Shown in pieces: positions 1 to 10,655 of a stretch of DNA of 64,000 bases (its first letter is position 1; every line of letters starts with the position of its first letter). A model generated the notes under the pieces. The model made no database searches. It was given only the letters and a program-made list of their open reading frames with translations, and was not told where the DNA came from. Both the position numbers and the translations under genes were made by a program. The DNA is from Chloropicon primus (lineage: Eukaryota): the NCBI GenBank assembly GCA_023205875.1, contig CP060754.1, positions 682,001 to 746,000 of the forward strand, read 5' to 3'.

Positions 1-980
1 TCTTCGGTGCCCTCCTTCTCCTTGGCCATGGCCTCGACCACCTCTTTCGAGACGTACTCCAAGCCAAACTTCTCGCAGAGCGTCTTTGCGAAATACGTCT
101 TGCCACTTCCCGGGGGGCCGGAGAGAAAGAAGGCGTGGGGCGAATAGCCGAGGGAGGCTGTGTACTCCGCGGAGATGGCCTTCATCTCGCTCGCCAGTCC
201 TCCAGAAAACTGAAAGACGTAGTCGTCCACCTTTGTGCACTCGGGCTTGAGATTCAGGAAAAGATGGTCCACTTTCTTCTCCTCCAGGAATATTGCATCC
301 TCTAGGCTTGCTGTTTCCACCTTGGCACCAAAGCTCGCCGCAATCGTTTCGGTCACTTCCTTAAGAGTGTTCTCGACCTCATCCACGACTAGGCAGTACT
401 TTTTCGTGAGCTTAGAGGCAACAATCAAGTCCAAAAACTGGACAACATCCTTCACGTTCACCAGGGGGATGTTCGCACCTCCTTCGCCGTACAGAGTCAC
501 GGTCCCTTCGCGGAAAGCCTGGTCGAAAAGGTGCTTCAAGCCCGCGTGGCACTCGCCAGAGCCGTACAGTATCCCGTGGCACAGCACCTGAGAGCACTCG
601 CAACTCATCAGCAGGCGTTCCAGCTCGAGAAGCTTGAGGGCACCAGGGATCGGTGTGCGCCGGGTCTCGTCCGCATCGGACACTTTCTCTCCCAGGGTTT
701 GACCCCAAGAGACGACTGAGGTGAGGCCGACAACGACCTTTCCCGCAAACAGTTCCGGTTTCGACCTTTCAAGTCGGACCAAGGCTCTGACGAAGCTTGG
801 AGCAAGAGCTATGTCGACAACCAGATAGTCCGTGTTTTCGACGACGTTCTGCACCGAAGTCTCGCTCGCTCCCTCCAGCTCCTCCTGACGAATCTCAACC
901 ACCTCGTACTCCCTGGCCTTGAAGTCCTCCCCTGCCACCTTGAGCACGTGGCTCTCAATTGGGGCCAGACTCACTTTCAT
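1..980 (-). CDS. AK7: Adenylate kinase 7-like protein (N-terminal epimerase-like domain + P-loop kinase); 3' end runs off the window
   Basis: Manual translation from ATG 980 gives MKVSLAPIESH...VVGLTSVVSWGQT...GILYGSGE...LYGEGGANIPLVNVKDV...FFLSGPPGSGKTYFAKTLCEKFGL, open to position 1. This matches the AK7 domain order. It is absent from the ORF track because there is no stop in the window. Confidence 0.75.
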   Translation of the reverse strand, partial: MKVSLAPIESHVLKVAGEDFKAREYEVVEIRQEELEGASETSVQNVVENTDYLVVDIALAPSFVRALVRLERSKPELFAGKVVVGLTSVVSWGQTLGEKVSDADETRRTPIPGALKLLELERLLMSCECSQVLCHGILYGSGECHAGLKHLFDQAFREGTVTLYGEGGANIPLVNVKDVVQFLDLIVASKLTKKYCLVVDEVENTLKEVTETIAASFGAKVETASLEDAIFLEEKKVDHLFLNLKPECTKVDDYVFQFSGGLASEMKAISAEYTASLGYSPHAFFLSGPPGSGKTYFAKTLCEKFGLEYVSKEVVEAMAKEKEGTE

Positions 981-1508
981 GCCTCTCGTTCACTCTCCGC
1001 CAACGGGCTTTTCCTTTCCTTCCAATATCCTTTTGCTCTCTGGTCCCGCGACGTTGCAGTCGACGAGCCCCTCCTTCCGCCTCCGCACCAAACCAAACCC
1101 CTCTCCTCCAGGTCTAGGTCTCCCTCAAACAGGCACCTCTTTCCCTCACTCCCCTCAAAGGTCACCTTGCCCCTCTCAAAGTCAAACTCCAACACCTTGG
1201 GATCTCGGCTCTGGTGGAGAGAGAGAGAGAGAGCGCGAACATAACGTGTCTGTGTCTGTCTGCGATCGATTCGATTGAGGGGGAGAGAGGGACGAGAACG
1301 AGGGAGGGGACAGGTTGGATGCCAAGCTCGCTTCAAGAGCTCTCGATCACCACCGCGCTTCCATCACCACTGCCTGGTTTGGACGCTTGATTGGGCGGAC
1401 GGAGGTGTTGGTGCACAGGGGAAAAGGTGAGGGGCGAGCGCGTTTTCGATTGTGTTTTTGGTGACGAGAGGGAGGACGCGACGAGGCGTTCGAGCCGCGA
1501 CGACGGAG

Positions 1509-2804
1509 ATGCTTCGATGCTTGAAGATCGCATCGAGGCTGGCCACTTGGCCAAGCTCGGCGGGAGCCGCCCGAACCTTTGCGACGGCGACAACGAGTGG
1601 CGCGAGGGGAGGGTCCACCAAGGGGCTTCGCCTCGCTTTGAGCGTGGGTTTGGGCGGTGGTCTGGCGGTGACGGGGGTCTATCTGAGCGACGAACCGCCG
1701 TACAGCGTGGTTTCCAGGGTCTCTATTCCGCTTTTGCACCTCCTGGACCCCGAGACGTCGCACAACCTGGTGATTGCTGCGGCGAAGTCCGGCCTCGTCC
1801 CGAGGGACGGGAGCCCGTACAGCCCCTCCCTTGAGACGAAGGTGTGGGGCAAGGCCTTCACGAATCCGATTGGCTTGGCCGCAGGCTTCGACAAGAACGC
1901 GGAGACCATGGAATCCATGCTTGGAATCGGTTTTGGCTTCGTTGAAGTGGGTTCCATAACTCCAGAACCGCAGGACGGTAACCCCAGACCACGAGTCTTC
2001 CGCATCCCTGAGGAGGGCGCAGTGATAAACCGGATAGGTTGCAACAGCCACGGCAGCAGGGAAGTTTCGAAGAGGATCCAGGCCTTCCGCGACAGAACCG
2101 CTGACACGCGCGAAGGAGTTCTCGGCATAAACATAGCGAAGAACAAGACGAGCGAGGACGCCGCGGGGGACTACGTCCAAGCTTGCAGACTGCTGGCGGA
2201 CAAGGCAGACTACGTCGTCATCAACGTGTCGTCGCCGAACACCCCGGGTCTGAGAAACCTGCAGGCGGGCACCGAGCTCGCCAAGATCGTCAAGCGCATG
2301 AAAGGGGCGTTGAACGAGGTGGCCCCCGGTGTGCCCCTGGTGGTGAAGATCGCCCCAGACCTCGCCCCGGAAGACAAGAAGCAGATTGCCAGGGTTGTGC
2401 TGAGGCACAAGGTTGACGGGATGATCGTTTCCAACACCACAGTCTCGAGGCCTGGCTCCGTCCAGGGGCGGGAGTCGGGGAAGGAGAAGGGCGGGCTGAG
2501 CGGAAGACCTCTCAACGAGGCTTCCACCGCCCTTATCAGGGAAATGTACGAGCTCACCAGCGGGAGAGTCCCGATCATTGGTTGCGGTGGCGTGAGCACC
2601 GGTCTGGACGCGTACAACAAAATCAGGGCAGGGGCGAGCCTGGTGCAGTTGTACACGGGCCTGATTTATCAAGGCCCGGCGCTGGTGCCAAAGCTGAAGA
2701 GGGAGCTCTCCCACCTCCTCGAGCGAGACGGCTTTGAGTCAGTGGACCAGGCGGTGGGGGCGGACACCCGGGTGAAGAAAGGGTTCTTCTCGAGGTTTTG
2801 GTGA
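1509..2804 (+). CDS. DHODH: Dihydroorotate dehydrogenase (class 2, quinone, mitochondrial)
   Basis: Motifs NPIGLAAGFDKNAE, VINVSSPNTPGLR, KIAPDL, GGLSG, IIGCGGV, ASLVQLYT; N-terminal presequence and TM segment. Confidence 0.95.
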   Translation: MLRCLKIASRLATWPSSAGAARTFATATTSGARGGSTKGLRLALSVGLGGGLAVTGVYLSDEPPYSVVSRVSIPLLHLLDPETSHNLVIAAAKSGLVPRDGSPYSPSLETKVWGKAFTNPIGLAAGFDKNAETMESMLGIGFGFVEVGSITPEPQDGNPRPRVFRIPEEGAVINRIGCNSHGSREVSKRIQAFRDRTADTREGVLGINIAKNKTSEDAAGDYVQACRLLADKADYVVINVSSPNTPGLRNLQAGTELAKIVKRMKGALNEVAPGVPLVVKIAPDLAPEDKKQIARVVLRHKVDGMIVSNTTVSRPGSVQGRESGKEKGGLSGRPLNEASTALIREMYELTSGRVPIIGCGGVSTGLDAYNKIRAGASLVQLYTGLIYQGPALVPKLKRELSHLLERDGFESVDQAVGADTRVKKGFFSRFW

Positions 2805-2893
2805 CGGGCTCGAACGCAAGAAATCATTGTTTTTCTCTCCGTATAAAAAGTAAAAGTACAACAAGTTGAAAAAGTTTGGTTCCCTCGACACGA

Positions 2894-3622
2894 TCACGTC
2901 AGAAGGTTGCACATCTCCTTGAGCGTTCTTCCTGCTTGAGACTCCTTCCGTTTCTGTATCTCGTTCTCTACTTGACTAATGATGTCGTGGGTGCTCGTAA
3001 GCGTCGCGCTCCCGAACTTTTGGCTCAGCTCCTTGAGCTTCGGCAGCATGGAGTTCAGCTGCTTGCCTGCCTTGTTCACCGCGTCCGCGTCCTTTGCGAA
3101 GTTCTCCTTGTCCGTTCCAAGGGCGTCGGGGATGGCCTGGATGCTGCTGACGTCGCACGTCGCGATCTCCTCGTCCAGTGTTCGTATCTCGCTCTGCAGC
3201 TGCTCGCAAGCCGCCCTCGTCGAGGCAATGTCCGCTCTCATCTCCTGAAGCTCCCGGTCGAGCTTGTCCTCCTCCACTCGCAAGTCCGCGCTGTCGAGCT
3301 TCTCGGAGTTCTGCAGGGCGCACAGCGCCAGCGCCTCGGGCACGAAGAACACGGACTCCTTCACCTGGCCCTCCAGCTTCTTCGACGTCCTCCTTTCGGA
3401 CTCCTGCATGAGGTTGTGCAGCTGCTCCACCGCGAGTATCATCTTCAGGGCCGTGCTCTCCTGCCCATTCTGGTAAAGCGTGTCGCGTATGTACTTCTCA
3501 AACGCGTCGAAGCCATCTGCTATGTAGTCCTGAAAGGAGTTCAGCACGTCGTTCGTCACGACGTCGTTCCCCAAGTCGAAGATGTCCTTCAACTGCCTCT
3601 CCGAAGCTCCGTTGAACTCCAT
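2894..3622 (-). CDS. MIS12: Kinetochore protein Mis12-like
   Basis: N-terminus IFDLGNDVVTNDVLNSFQDYIADGFDAFE and VFFVP followed by a coiled coil resemble plant MIS12. Confidence 0.65.
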   Translation of the reverse strand: MEFNGASERQLKDIFDLGNDVVTNDVLNSFQDYIADGFDAFEKYIRDTLYQNGQESTALKMILAVEQLHNLMQESERRTSKKLEGQVKESVFFVPEALALCALQNSEKLDSADLRVEEDKLDRELQEMRADIASTRAACEQLQSEIRTLDEEIATCDVSSIQAIPDALGTDKENFAKDADAVNKAGKQLNSMLPKLKELSQKFGSATLTSTHDIISQVENEIQKRKESQAGRTLKEMCNLLT

Positions 3623-3800
3623 GTTTCCCTCTCCCTTCCTCTTCCTTCCCTTCGCCTCCCCTCGCAAGCCAAAAGCCCTCGAGTTCACCCCTCTCTCTCT
3701 CTCTCTCTCGTCTGTCGCCTCTCGCCATTTTTTCCCCATTCGAATTCATTCCAACGAGTGACGTTACCCAACGGCTAGTGGGACGGACGAGAGGACGAGG

Positions 3801-3864
3801 GGAGGACGAGGAGGACGAGAGGAGGGAGGAGAGGGAGGAGGAGGACGAGAGGAGGGAGGAGAGG
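3801..3864. repeat. Purine-rich direct repeat in the divergent promoter
   Basis: GGAGGACGAGAGGAGGGAGGAGAGGG occurs twice in tandem. Confidence 0.7.
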
Positions 3865-4070
3865 GGTAGGGGTCAAGGAGGATCGCGTCTCTCTGTCTGT
3901 GCTGGTTACAGTTTTCGAGAGAGGCCGCGCTTGAAAGGGACGACCAAGACTGCGGTGTGGATTGAAGGAACGAGGGAGGGGTTCGATCGGAGACCCACCT
4001 TGGGTTGTCTTGGGACCGAAGGCGAGACGAGTTTTGGGCGCGTTGCCACTCGCACGGACTCTTTGCGAGG

Positions 4071-4709
4071 ATGAGCGAAGGAGAATCGAAAGGAGGAGAG
4101 CTTCACCAGGCGGCGCGGTCGGGGGAGCTCGTTCGGGTGAAGCAGCTTCTGGCGGAGGGGGAGGAAGGGGTGAACGACAGGGATAAGCTGTCGAGGACGC
4201 CGCTGCACCTCGCGTCGTGGGCGGGACATCTGGAGGTCGTGGAGGAGCTCCTCGATCAGGCCGGGGTGCAGGTGTGGGCCATGGCGAGGGACGAGACCAG
4301 CGCACTCCACTTCGCGTGTCAGAAGGGCAACACGATCATAGCGAGGAGGCTCTTGGCCAAAGGGGCCAAGGTGAACGCCAAGACTCGGAAAGGGGTGACG
4401 CCCTTGATGATGGCGGCGCAGAGAGGGGAGCTTTCCCTGGTGGAGCTCCTCCTGAAGAAGAAGGCGGACCCTCTCGCGAGGAGCAACAAGGGGGACACCG
4501 CGCTGGACGTCGCGAAGACGGACGTGTATGATAGTATTAAGGAGGCGTGCGACAAGGCCAAGGGGGACAAGAGGGAAGCCGGGAAGGGGGGGGGGGATGG
4601 CAAGGCGGGCTCGAAGAAGAAAACTTCGGGGAAGCCGGACGGCCGAGGCCAACCGACGAAGAAGGCGAAAGTAATAAGCTTGTCTCACTTGGAAGAGGAA
4701 GAGGAGTGA
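4071..4709 (+). CDS. Ankyrin-repeat protein with basic C-terminal tail
   Basis: Repeats RTPLHLASWAGH, TSALHFACQKGN, VTPLMMAAQRGE, DTALDVA. Confidence 0.9.
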   Translation: MSEGESKGGELHQAARSGELVRVKQLLAEGEEGVNDRDKLSRTPLHLASWAGHLEVVEELLDQAGVQVWAMARDETSALHFACQKGNTIIARRLLAKGAKVNAKTRKGVTPLMMAAQRGELSLVELLLKKKADPLARSNKGDTALDVAKTDVYDSIKEACDKAKGDKREAGKGGGDGKAGSKKKTSGKPDGRGQPTKKAKVISLSHLEEEEE

Positions 4710-4744
4710 AAATACAAAGAAACAGATTATTCGACGAACGCCCC

Positions 4745-5765
4745 CTAGTCCAGCTCGATCACCTCCTCCACGTTGGTGCCCTTCTGCAGGATCTTTGAGA
4801 TCGCATCGTTCAAGTCCACCTGGTCGATCTCGTCGAGGGCGTTCTCCCCCGGCTGGTAAAAGATGACCCTCCCGCTGTCGCTCTTCTTCGTTACCTTTGT
4901 GAGGTACCTCTGCCTCACGAACTTGGCCAGCGCCGACCCGGGGTCGCCGAACACCTTGTGCCTCTTGCCCTTCTCCAGCCCGAGGAGGTTCAAGTGCTGC
5001 CAAAGACTTTCCTCCACCATCTCGTCCCCCGAGAGGGACACCATCATCAGAACCACGAGGAGGAGACCCTTCTCCTCCTTGTTTTCCAGCTCCTCCCTCT
5101 CCCGTCCCTTGATCCCGTCCCTGAACCTCTTTGGAAGGAGGCTCCGCAGTATGAAATACTTCTGGGTCGTCGCCTCGCCCGTTGCCTTTGTCCTCACGAG
5201 CTCCCTCATCTCCATCCCCCACGTTCTCGCAAAGGACGCTTGAGCTTCGGCCAGAATGGCTTGGGGCAACCCCGCCTTGCGCGGGTACCTCTTTGTGACG
5301 ATGCCCGATAGACTCTCCCTCGTTATGGGCTGGCTGCTCTGCTGCCCTGCTTTGAAGATCACGTGCCTCATCACGTCGCCCACGAGCTTCTCGAACTCCT
5401 GCAAAAGTGGAAAAAAACAGCGACAAACGGAGTGAACAAGTGAGTGAGTGAGGCGAAGAGTCGGTGAACAGGGACGACGAGGGTGGAGACGAACCTCTTT
5501 GGACACCGATGCGATTCCCCTCGCAGACTCCGCCCCCGCGACTCTTCTGATCTCGTCAAGACGCTTGAGGTAGGCCTTTCCCTCCCTTTCCCGGCAGACC
5601 TCCGAGGACGCTGATGATAGAACAAAGAAGAAGAAGAAACCAAGCAACGCGTCAGTACTTTCGCGAAGCCTGCCAGCGGCACGAGGACCCCTCACCTCCT
5701 GCGTCCTCGTCCTCGTCCAGGATCTCCACCACCGCCGTTGTCCTTGTCCGCTTGCTCCCCATCAT
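4745..5765 (-). CDS. NSE3: NSE3/MAGE subunit of the SMC5/6 complex (2 introns)
   Basis: MAGE-like KYFILRS, EKGLLLVVLMMVSLSG, EESLWQHLNLLGL, HKVFGD, FVRQRYL. GT-AG introns at about 5612-5695 and 5399-5494 give a continuous frame from ATG 5765. Confidence 0.8.
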
Positions 5766-5892
5766 CCCCCCCATACAAACTGGCGGGAAGGCCAAAAATA
5801 ACTGGACTGGAGTGTCGGAGGCAGGCCCGGGCGGCAACGACAGTCTCCAAGGAACCAAGGAAGGAAGGGGGAGAGGTTTGAGACACGACACG

Positions 5893-6463
5893 ATGAACGA
5901 TCTGGCGCTGGAAGGGTTTGAGAGGCGTGCGAAGGAGGCAGAGGAGCGGCTGGCACGAATCGAAAAGAAGATCGCGAGCAAATCCGGTGGAGGTGAGTTT
6001 CGGTTCGGTTCGGTTCGGCGACACGACATGCGAAGAGCTCCACCTCCACCTTGCGTTGCTCTTGCTGCAACCAGGCCTAGCGTGCCACGAGCTTTGCTGA
6101 CGCGTGAGACATTTCCTGTTTCCTCCTCGACGGTCACTGCCGCGTGAAAAAAAGGGTTGAGCGACGAGAAGCTGTCTGAGGTGCTCACAGTCTTGTACGA
6201 CGTGAGGTCTGCTCTTGGGGCGGAGAAGGTGAAGAGCCAGAACAGTGCGAGGAAGCAGGATGCTCTGGAGAATCAGGTAAAGAAGGTAAGGTCCTCGACT
6301 CGCTTTTTCTTGCTTGGGAACGTATCTCTCATAAAACCAACACACAATCATCTTTGTGTATCTCTCTGCTGCGCGTCCCCAGCTTGAGGAGGAGAACTCC
6401 AAGCTCAGGTACCAGGTCTTGCACTTGAAGAGGAACTTGGAGAGCCATTTGAATGGCTCATGA
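5893..6463 (+). CDS. Small coiled-coil protein (2 introns)
   Basis: Spliced product MNDLALEGFERRAKEAEERLARIEKK...LENQVKKLEEENSKLRYQVLHLKRNL; donors GTGAGT and GTAAGG keep the frame. Confidence 0.7.
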
Positions 6464-6634
6464 GTTGCGATTAAACACAAGCGAATAAATATATACATTC
6501 TTTCCTTGGTCTCGTCAACTCCACACACCATACCAAAGACTACCATGGCACAGAGTGATATTTGTATCTACAGCTTGCTTATATCTAGTCTCCTAACGCT
6601 TGCTTGACCTTGACCTGACGTACAGTCTCCCACC

Positions 6635-7852
6635 TCACTCTTCCTGCTTGACCTTGACGATGGAAGGGGCCGTCTTGCTTCGTGTTCTTGTTCTCTTCGA
6701 CGACGGAGGACGAGGAGCCTTGCAGAGCCCGACCTCTTCCAGGTACTCTCTCTTCACAATACGTTGTTCCTTGTCGCTCAGCTTAAGAGATGCGTCCGCA
6801 AAGATGATCCTCAACGCCTCGTTGTAGTCCGCGATCTCCCTCTTCTTCTCCGGCGACTTGCTGTCATAACGCTGGGCCTCCTGCACTGCGCTGGCGTACT
6901 CCTCCTCCGTCATCAGGCCGGACTCGAGAGCCTCTCTCAAATCCAAAGCATAGGGAGAAGGAGAAGGAGATCTCGTCGTCTTCATGTTGTTGTTGTTGGT
7001 GGTGGCGTTGGAATTCTGCTCATTGAGGTTGTCGGCGGATGATTGATTCAAGTATTCCTTGGCAATGGCATAAGTTCCAGGTTCAGTGCGAACAAAGCGG
7101 GGGCTGTGTCTACAAGCAGAACAGACAGTGGCCCGCATGATCTCAACATCAGTAGAAAGAGAACCATCTCTCCGCTTGAACACATACAACTTCTTGGCCT
7201 GGACCTTGGCCTGGATCTCTCTGTAGTGCAAGCTCCCTCCCGCATCTTGAAGAACGCGATAGATGGCATCCCGAAGCGGTGAGGGCCTGACAGCACCTTG
7301 AGTATTGGACCCATTCAAGTATTCCTTGGCAATGGCATATCTTCCGTATGCAGTGCGAACAAAGAGGGGGCTCTGTGTACAAGCATTCCCGACACGTATC
7401 CGCATACTCTCCGGATCAGTACAGACAGAACGATCCCGACGCCTGAACACATGTAGCTTCTTGGCCCGGATCCGGCCAAGGATCTCTTTGACGCGCAAGC
7501 TCCCTCCCGCATCTTGAAGAACGCGATAGATGGCATCCCGAAGCGTTCTCTTTCCATTGCGAGTCCTGAAAGGACGTGCGTTGTCTCTCATCATAGTCAC
7601 CTGCGCTGTCTCAGGTTGGCAGGACGAATCCGCACCACCACTATCCTCCTCACTGTCGCTCTCCTCTTCGATGATCGTCGTAGAGCCCGTCGAGAAGCTC
7701 GCCAAATACTCTCCGTCCACGTCCATGTCCATGGCACCTGGGGACAACCCTCCCTTGTCGTCATCACCACCGGCGACGGCCCTCGCCGCCGCGATCATCG
7801 CCGCCGTCGACCTGGTGCGTGTCCAGCGTCTCTGTCTCGTGGGACGCCTCAT
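6635..7852 (-). CDS. Protein with two tandem HARE-HTH-like winged-helix domains
   Basis: Two ~77-aa units LRDAIYRVLQDAGGSL..EI...I.AKKL...FVRT..G.YAI; acidic N-terminal region; start codon uncertain. Confidence 0.65.
   Translation of the reverse strand: MRRPTRQRRWTRTRSTAAMIAAARAVAGGDDDKGGLSPGAMDMDVDGEYLASFSTGSTTIIEEESDSEEDSGGADSSCQPETAQVTMMRDNARPFRTRNGKRTLRDAIYRVLQDAGGSLRVKEILGRIRAKKLHVFRRRDRSVCTDPESMRIRVGNACTQSPLFVRTAYGRYAIAKEYLNGSNTQGAVRPSPLRDAIYRVLQDAGGSLHYREIQAKVQAKKLYVFKRRDGSLSTDVEIMRATVCSACRHSPRFVRTEPGTYAIAKEYLNQSSADNLNEQNSNATTNNNNMKTTRSPSPSPYALDLREALESGLMTEEEYASAVQEAQRYDSKSPEKKREIADYNEALRIIFADASLKLSDKEQRIVKREYLEEVGLCKAPRPPSSKRTRTRSKTAPSIVKVKQEE
7046..7545. repeat. Intragenic direct repeat, 267-bp period (7046-7278 and 7313-7545)
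   Basis: Both ends of the units are identical at DNA level; the middle is diverged. Confidence 0.9.
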
Positions 7853-8289
7853 GATGAAACAAAGCACCGCAAAACACTGCACAGCTCGACGAAGACTTGC
7901 CTTCCTCTTCCTCTTCACGAACCGAGCCAACAACTCGCAAAACAAACTTCGAGGCAGCCTCCACTAACGCCTGTCGTCTCAAAGGGAGGACCACTCCTCT
8001 TTTTCGTGAAAACCTTCAGCCGAGGTATCAATCGAAAGCCCTTGAGACGCCCTTGCGTTCTTTCCACACCTCCTCCCTTTCCTCGTCACCGTTCGTGCAC
8101 AAAGTCCTCGACAAAAACACCTTCCCTCTCCCCGTCATGCGCCGACAAACCCCCCGCGAGGCGTTACGTTACTCTCACTCGGCGAAAACGCGAAAAACGA
8201 AACGGACGAGAGCGAGAGAGCGAGAGAGCGACTGAGACGACTGAGAGCGATTGATACGGCGGCGGACGAAGAGCGAAGGGCGAAGGAGA

Positions 8290-8752
8290 ATGGATACGTG
8301 GCAAGCGAAGTGGAAGCCTCCGAGGTGCGTGCGTTGGCCTTGGGTTTATTTGCTTTTAACAACGTCCTTATCATCGCTCCGCCCCGCCCCCCCGGGAGGA
8401 CGAGTCGGGGCCCTCCCCCTCGACGTCTTGTCTAACAAGCTGTCTTCGTGCGTTTGCGCCCTTGTTTCGCTGCAGGCCCGTGCACCGCAACCCGTGCCTT
8501 GTCGTCGGGTGCACGGACGAGGGGGCGCTCAAGGAAGCCTTTGCAAAGTTTGGAACGGTGGAAACCGTCTTCGCTCCCAAGGGCGAGAACTTCGCCTTCG
8601 TTCACTTCGAGGACAAGTACGACGCCGAGAACGCGATGAACGCGATGAACGGTACGACCATCGGGGGGAAGACCGTGCAGGTGACGGATGGGAAGACCGC
8701 GAACAAGCACGTCGCCGCTTGGCGCACCTCGCTCGTGGGCGCCGCAAAGTGA
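8290..8752 (+). CDS. Small single-RRM RNA-binding protein (1 intron)
   Basis: MDTWQAKWKPPR spliced to ...LKEAFAKFGTV...KGENFAFVHF (RNP1) EDKYDAENAMNAMNG. Confidence 0.85.
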
Positions 8753-9230
8753 GTACGCCGTTGATGGGGCGAGAGGGTTGCGCGTTTGGCGAGCATCGAT
8801 TGGGGTCTCAGCGCGCCCCGCAGGACCAGCGCCTACATCCACGGCAATAAGCGTTGTGAACAACACGAATGATTAGTCGAGTCACCTCCGCTCTCTCCCT
8901 GCCTCTCTCCCTCTTTCGAGACGGAGGAGTCGTCATCATCCCTTCGAGGTCCTATCGGAAGCGGGGGCACGGAAGGGGAGACCAAGCGAGACCCGGGTGG
9001 TGGTAAAGGGCTCTAGGCCCTGTGCAACTCTCTCCTCCTCACAAGTCCGTCGTCCTCCTCCCTCGGCATTCATTCCACTTCAGGATTCACTAAAAAGACA
9101 ACAATTAGGTTAAGGTCAACAGGAACCTAAAATTATGCCATCACGGGGCTAGGGTAACTTGAACTTGGGGCGCCGCAGCCCAGAAAAGCGTTACGAGACG
9201 TCGCACACACACACGCAAGAAAGAAAGAAG

Positions 9231-10655
9231 ATGAAGAGTTGGATCGCAATCGCACTGGCGGTGGCTTGCCTCGCGGGCGTTGCGCGTGCGGTGCAGCACG
9301 GGGACGAGAAACACGGGCAGGCCCGCGGGGGGTACTTCTTTGCGTTCACGAACGGTGACTGCACTGCGGATTACAGCTCGGGCACGACGTCGTGCGGGGG
9401 TGGCCCGAGGCCCGCGATCGACGTCGTGGACCCGGCCTCCATGGAGGTTGTTGCGAGCGTGCCGATCACCACGGAGTACGGCCCCGTGGTCTGGAGCGAC
9501 GCTGTGTACATGGAAGCCTGCGACGACGACGGGTACAAGGGCTACGTGATCGCGAACGAGAGGGGCAGCAGGATCGTTGTGATCGATGCCGCGAAGGCTA
9601 TCGCGGGGGACGGGGCCGAGGCCATCATCACGACCCTGCCCATGGGCTCCCGCCCCGTGCACTCCTACGCCATCCCCCACATCGAGGGGGAGGGGAACGT
9701 GGGGGAGTTCTGGTCCCACAGCGACGGGGACGGCCACTTTGACGTCGTCAAGGTCGGGAACTGGGACGACTTGCACGTCCCTGAGGTGACCGCCCACGTC
9801 GAGACCCCCGGCCACGGCAAGCTGCTGTGGGACTCCGACCTGTGGCCCTACGGCTACGCCTCGAACACCAACGAGGGCTACCTCTACGAGATCGACATGA
9901 GGAACTACAACATGACGAGGCATCTCAAGTTCACGACGCACGGTGAGAACCCGGACGCCCACTGCAAGGGCACGCACGGCTTGGCCTACTCCAAGGAGAA
10001 CAAGCACATTTACGCGACCTGCTCCGGGAACACCACCGTCGGTGGAGAGAACGGCCTGGTGGAGGTGAACGTCGAGGGGGACGAGCTCGTCCTGGTGAAG
10101 AAGCACACGGACGCCAGGGGGGGTCAGGTCTACGAGTCTAGCGACGGGAAGTGGATCGTGGACATCGACAAGAGCAACGACGAGGTCGTGTTCCTGGAGG
10201 CCAACGAGCCGGGAGAGGTCTCGTCCATCTCCCACGTGATCGAGGCCTCCGCGGACCACTGCGCGCTGGATGACCAGTCCAATTGCGGTGGCATGCCCGA
10301 CAAGGTTGCTTTCTACGACATGCCCGACGGCTCCGTGAACTTCTTCTTCAGCTTCACGAGCCCGAACGACAAGAAGGGCAACGATGGGGTCGGCTACATC
10401 AACTCGAAGGATCTCGGAACGCAAAAGATCTTGAAGAACGTCAAGGGGGGGTCCGGCGCCAGCAAGTACCGCTCCATCTACACTGGGGGCGACCACGTTG
10501 CGACGATCATGTCCTTTCCCCACGACGGCCTCATGATCGTGGACGGGGAGACCGGGGAATTGGCCGGAACTGTGGAGACCAACCAGGGAACCACACGGGT
10601 CATCTACGTTCCCAATGCCCCGACAGGATTCTACTGCAGTGGGTCAAGGAGATAA
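9231..10655 (+). CDS. Secreted YVTN/YncE-type beta-propeller, His/Asp-rich
   Basis: Signal peptide MKSWIAIALAVACLAGVARA; beta-strand repeats (IDVVDP, IVVIDA, LYEIDM, LMIVDG); strong GC3 codon bias. Confidence 0.65.
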   Translation: MKSWIAIALAVACLAGVARAVQHGDEKHGQARGGYFFAFTNGDCTADYSSGTTSCGGGPRPAIDVVDPASMEVVASVPITTEYGPVVWSDAVYMEACDDDGYKGYVIANERGSRIVVIDAAKAIAGDGAEAIITTLPMGSRPVHSYAIPHIEGEGNVGEFWSHSDGDGHFDVVKVGNWDDLHVPEVTAHVETPGHGKLLWDSDLWPYGYASNTNEGYLYEIDMRNYNMTRHLKFTTHGENPDAHCKGTHGLAYSKENKHIYATCSGNTTVGGENGLVEVNVEGDELVLVKKHTDARGGQVYESSDGKWIVDIDKSNDEVVFLEANEPGEVSSISHVIEASADHCALDDQSNCGGMPDKVAFYDMPDGSVNFFFSFTSPNDKKGNDGVGYINSKDLGTQKILKNVKGGSGASKYRSIYTGGDHVATIMSFPHDGLMIVDGETGELAGTVETNQGTTRVIYVPNAPTGFYCSGSRR

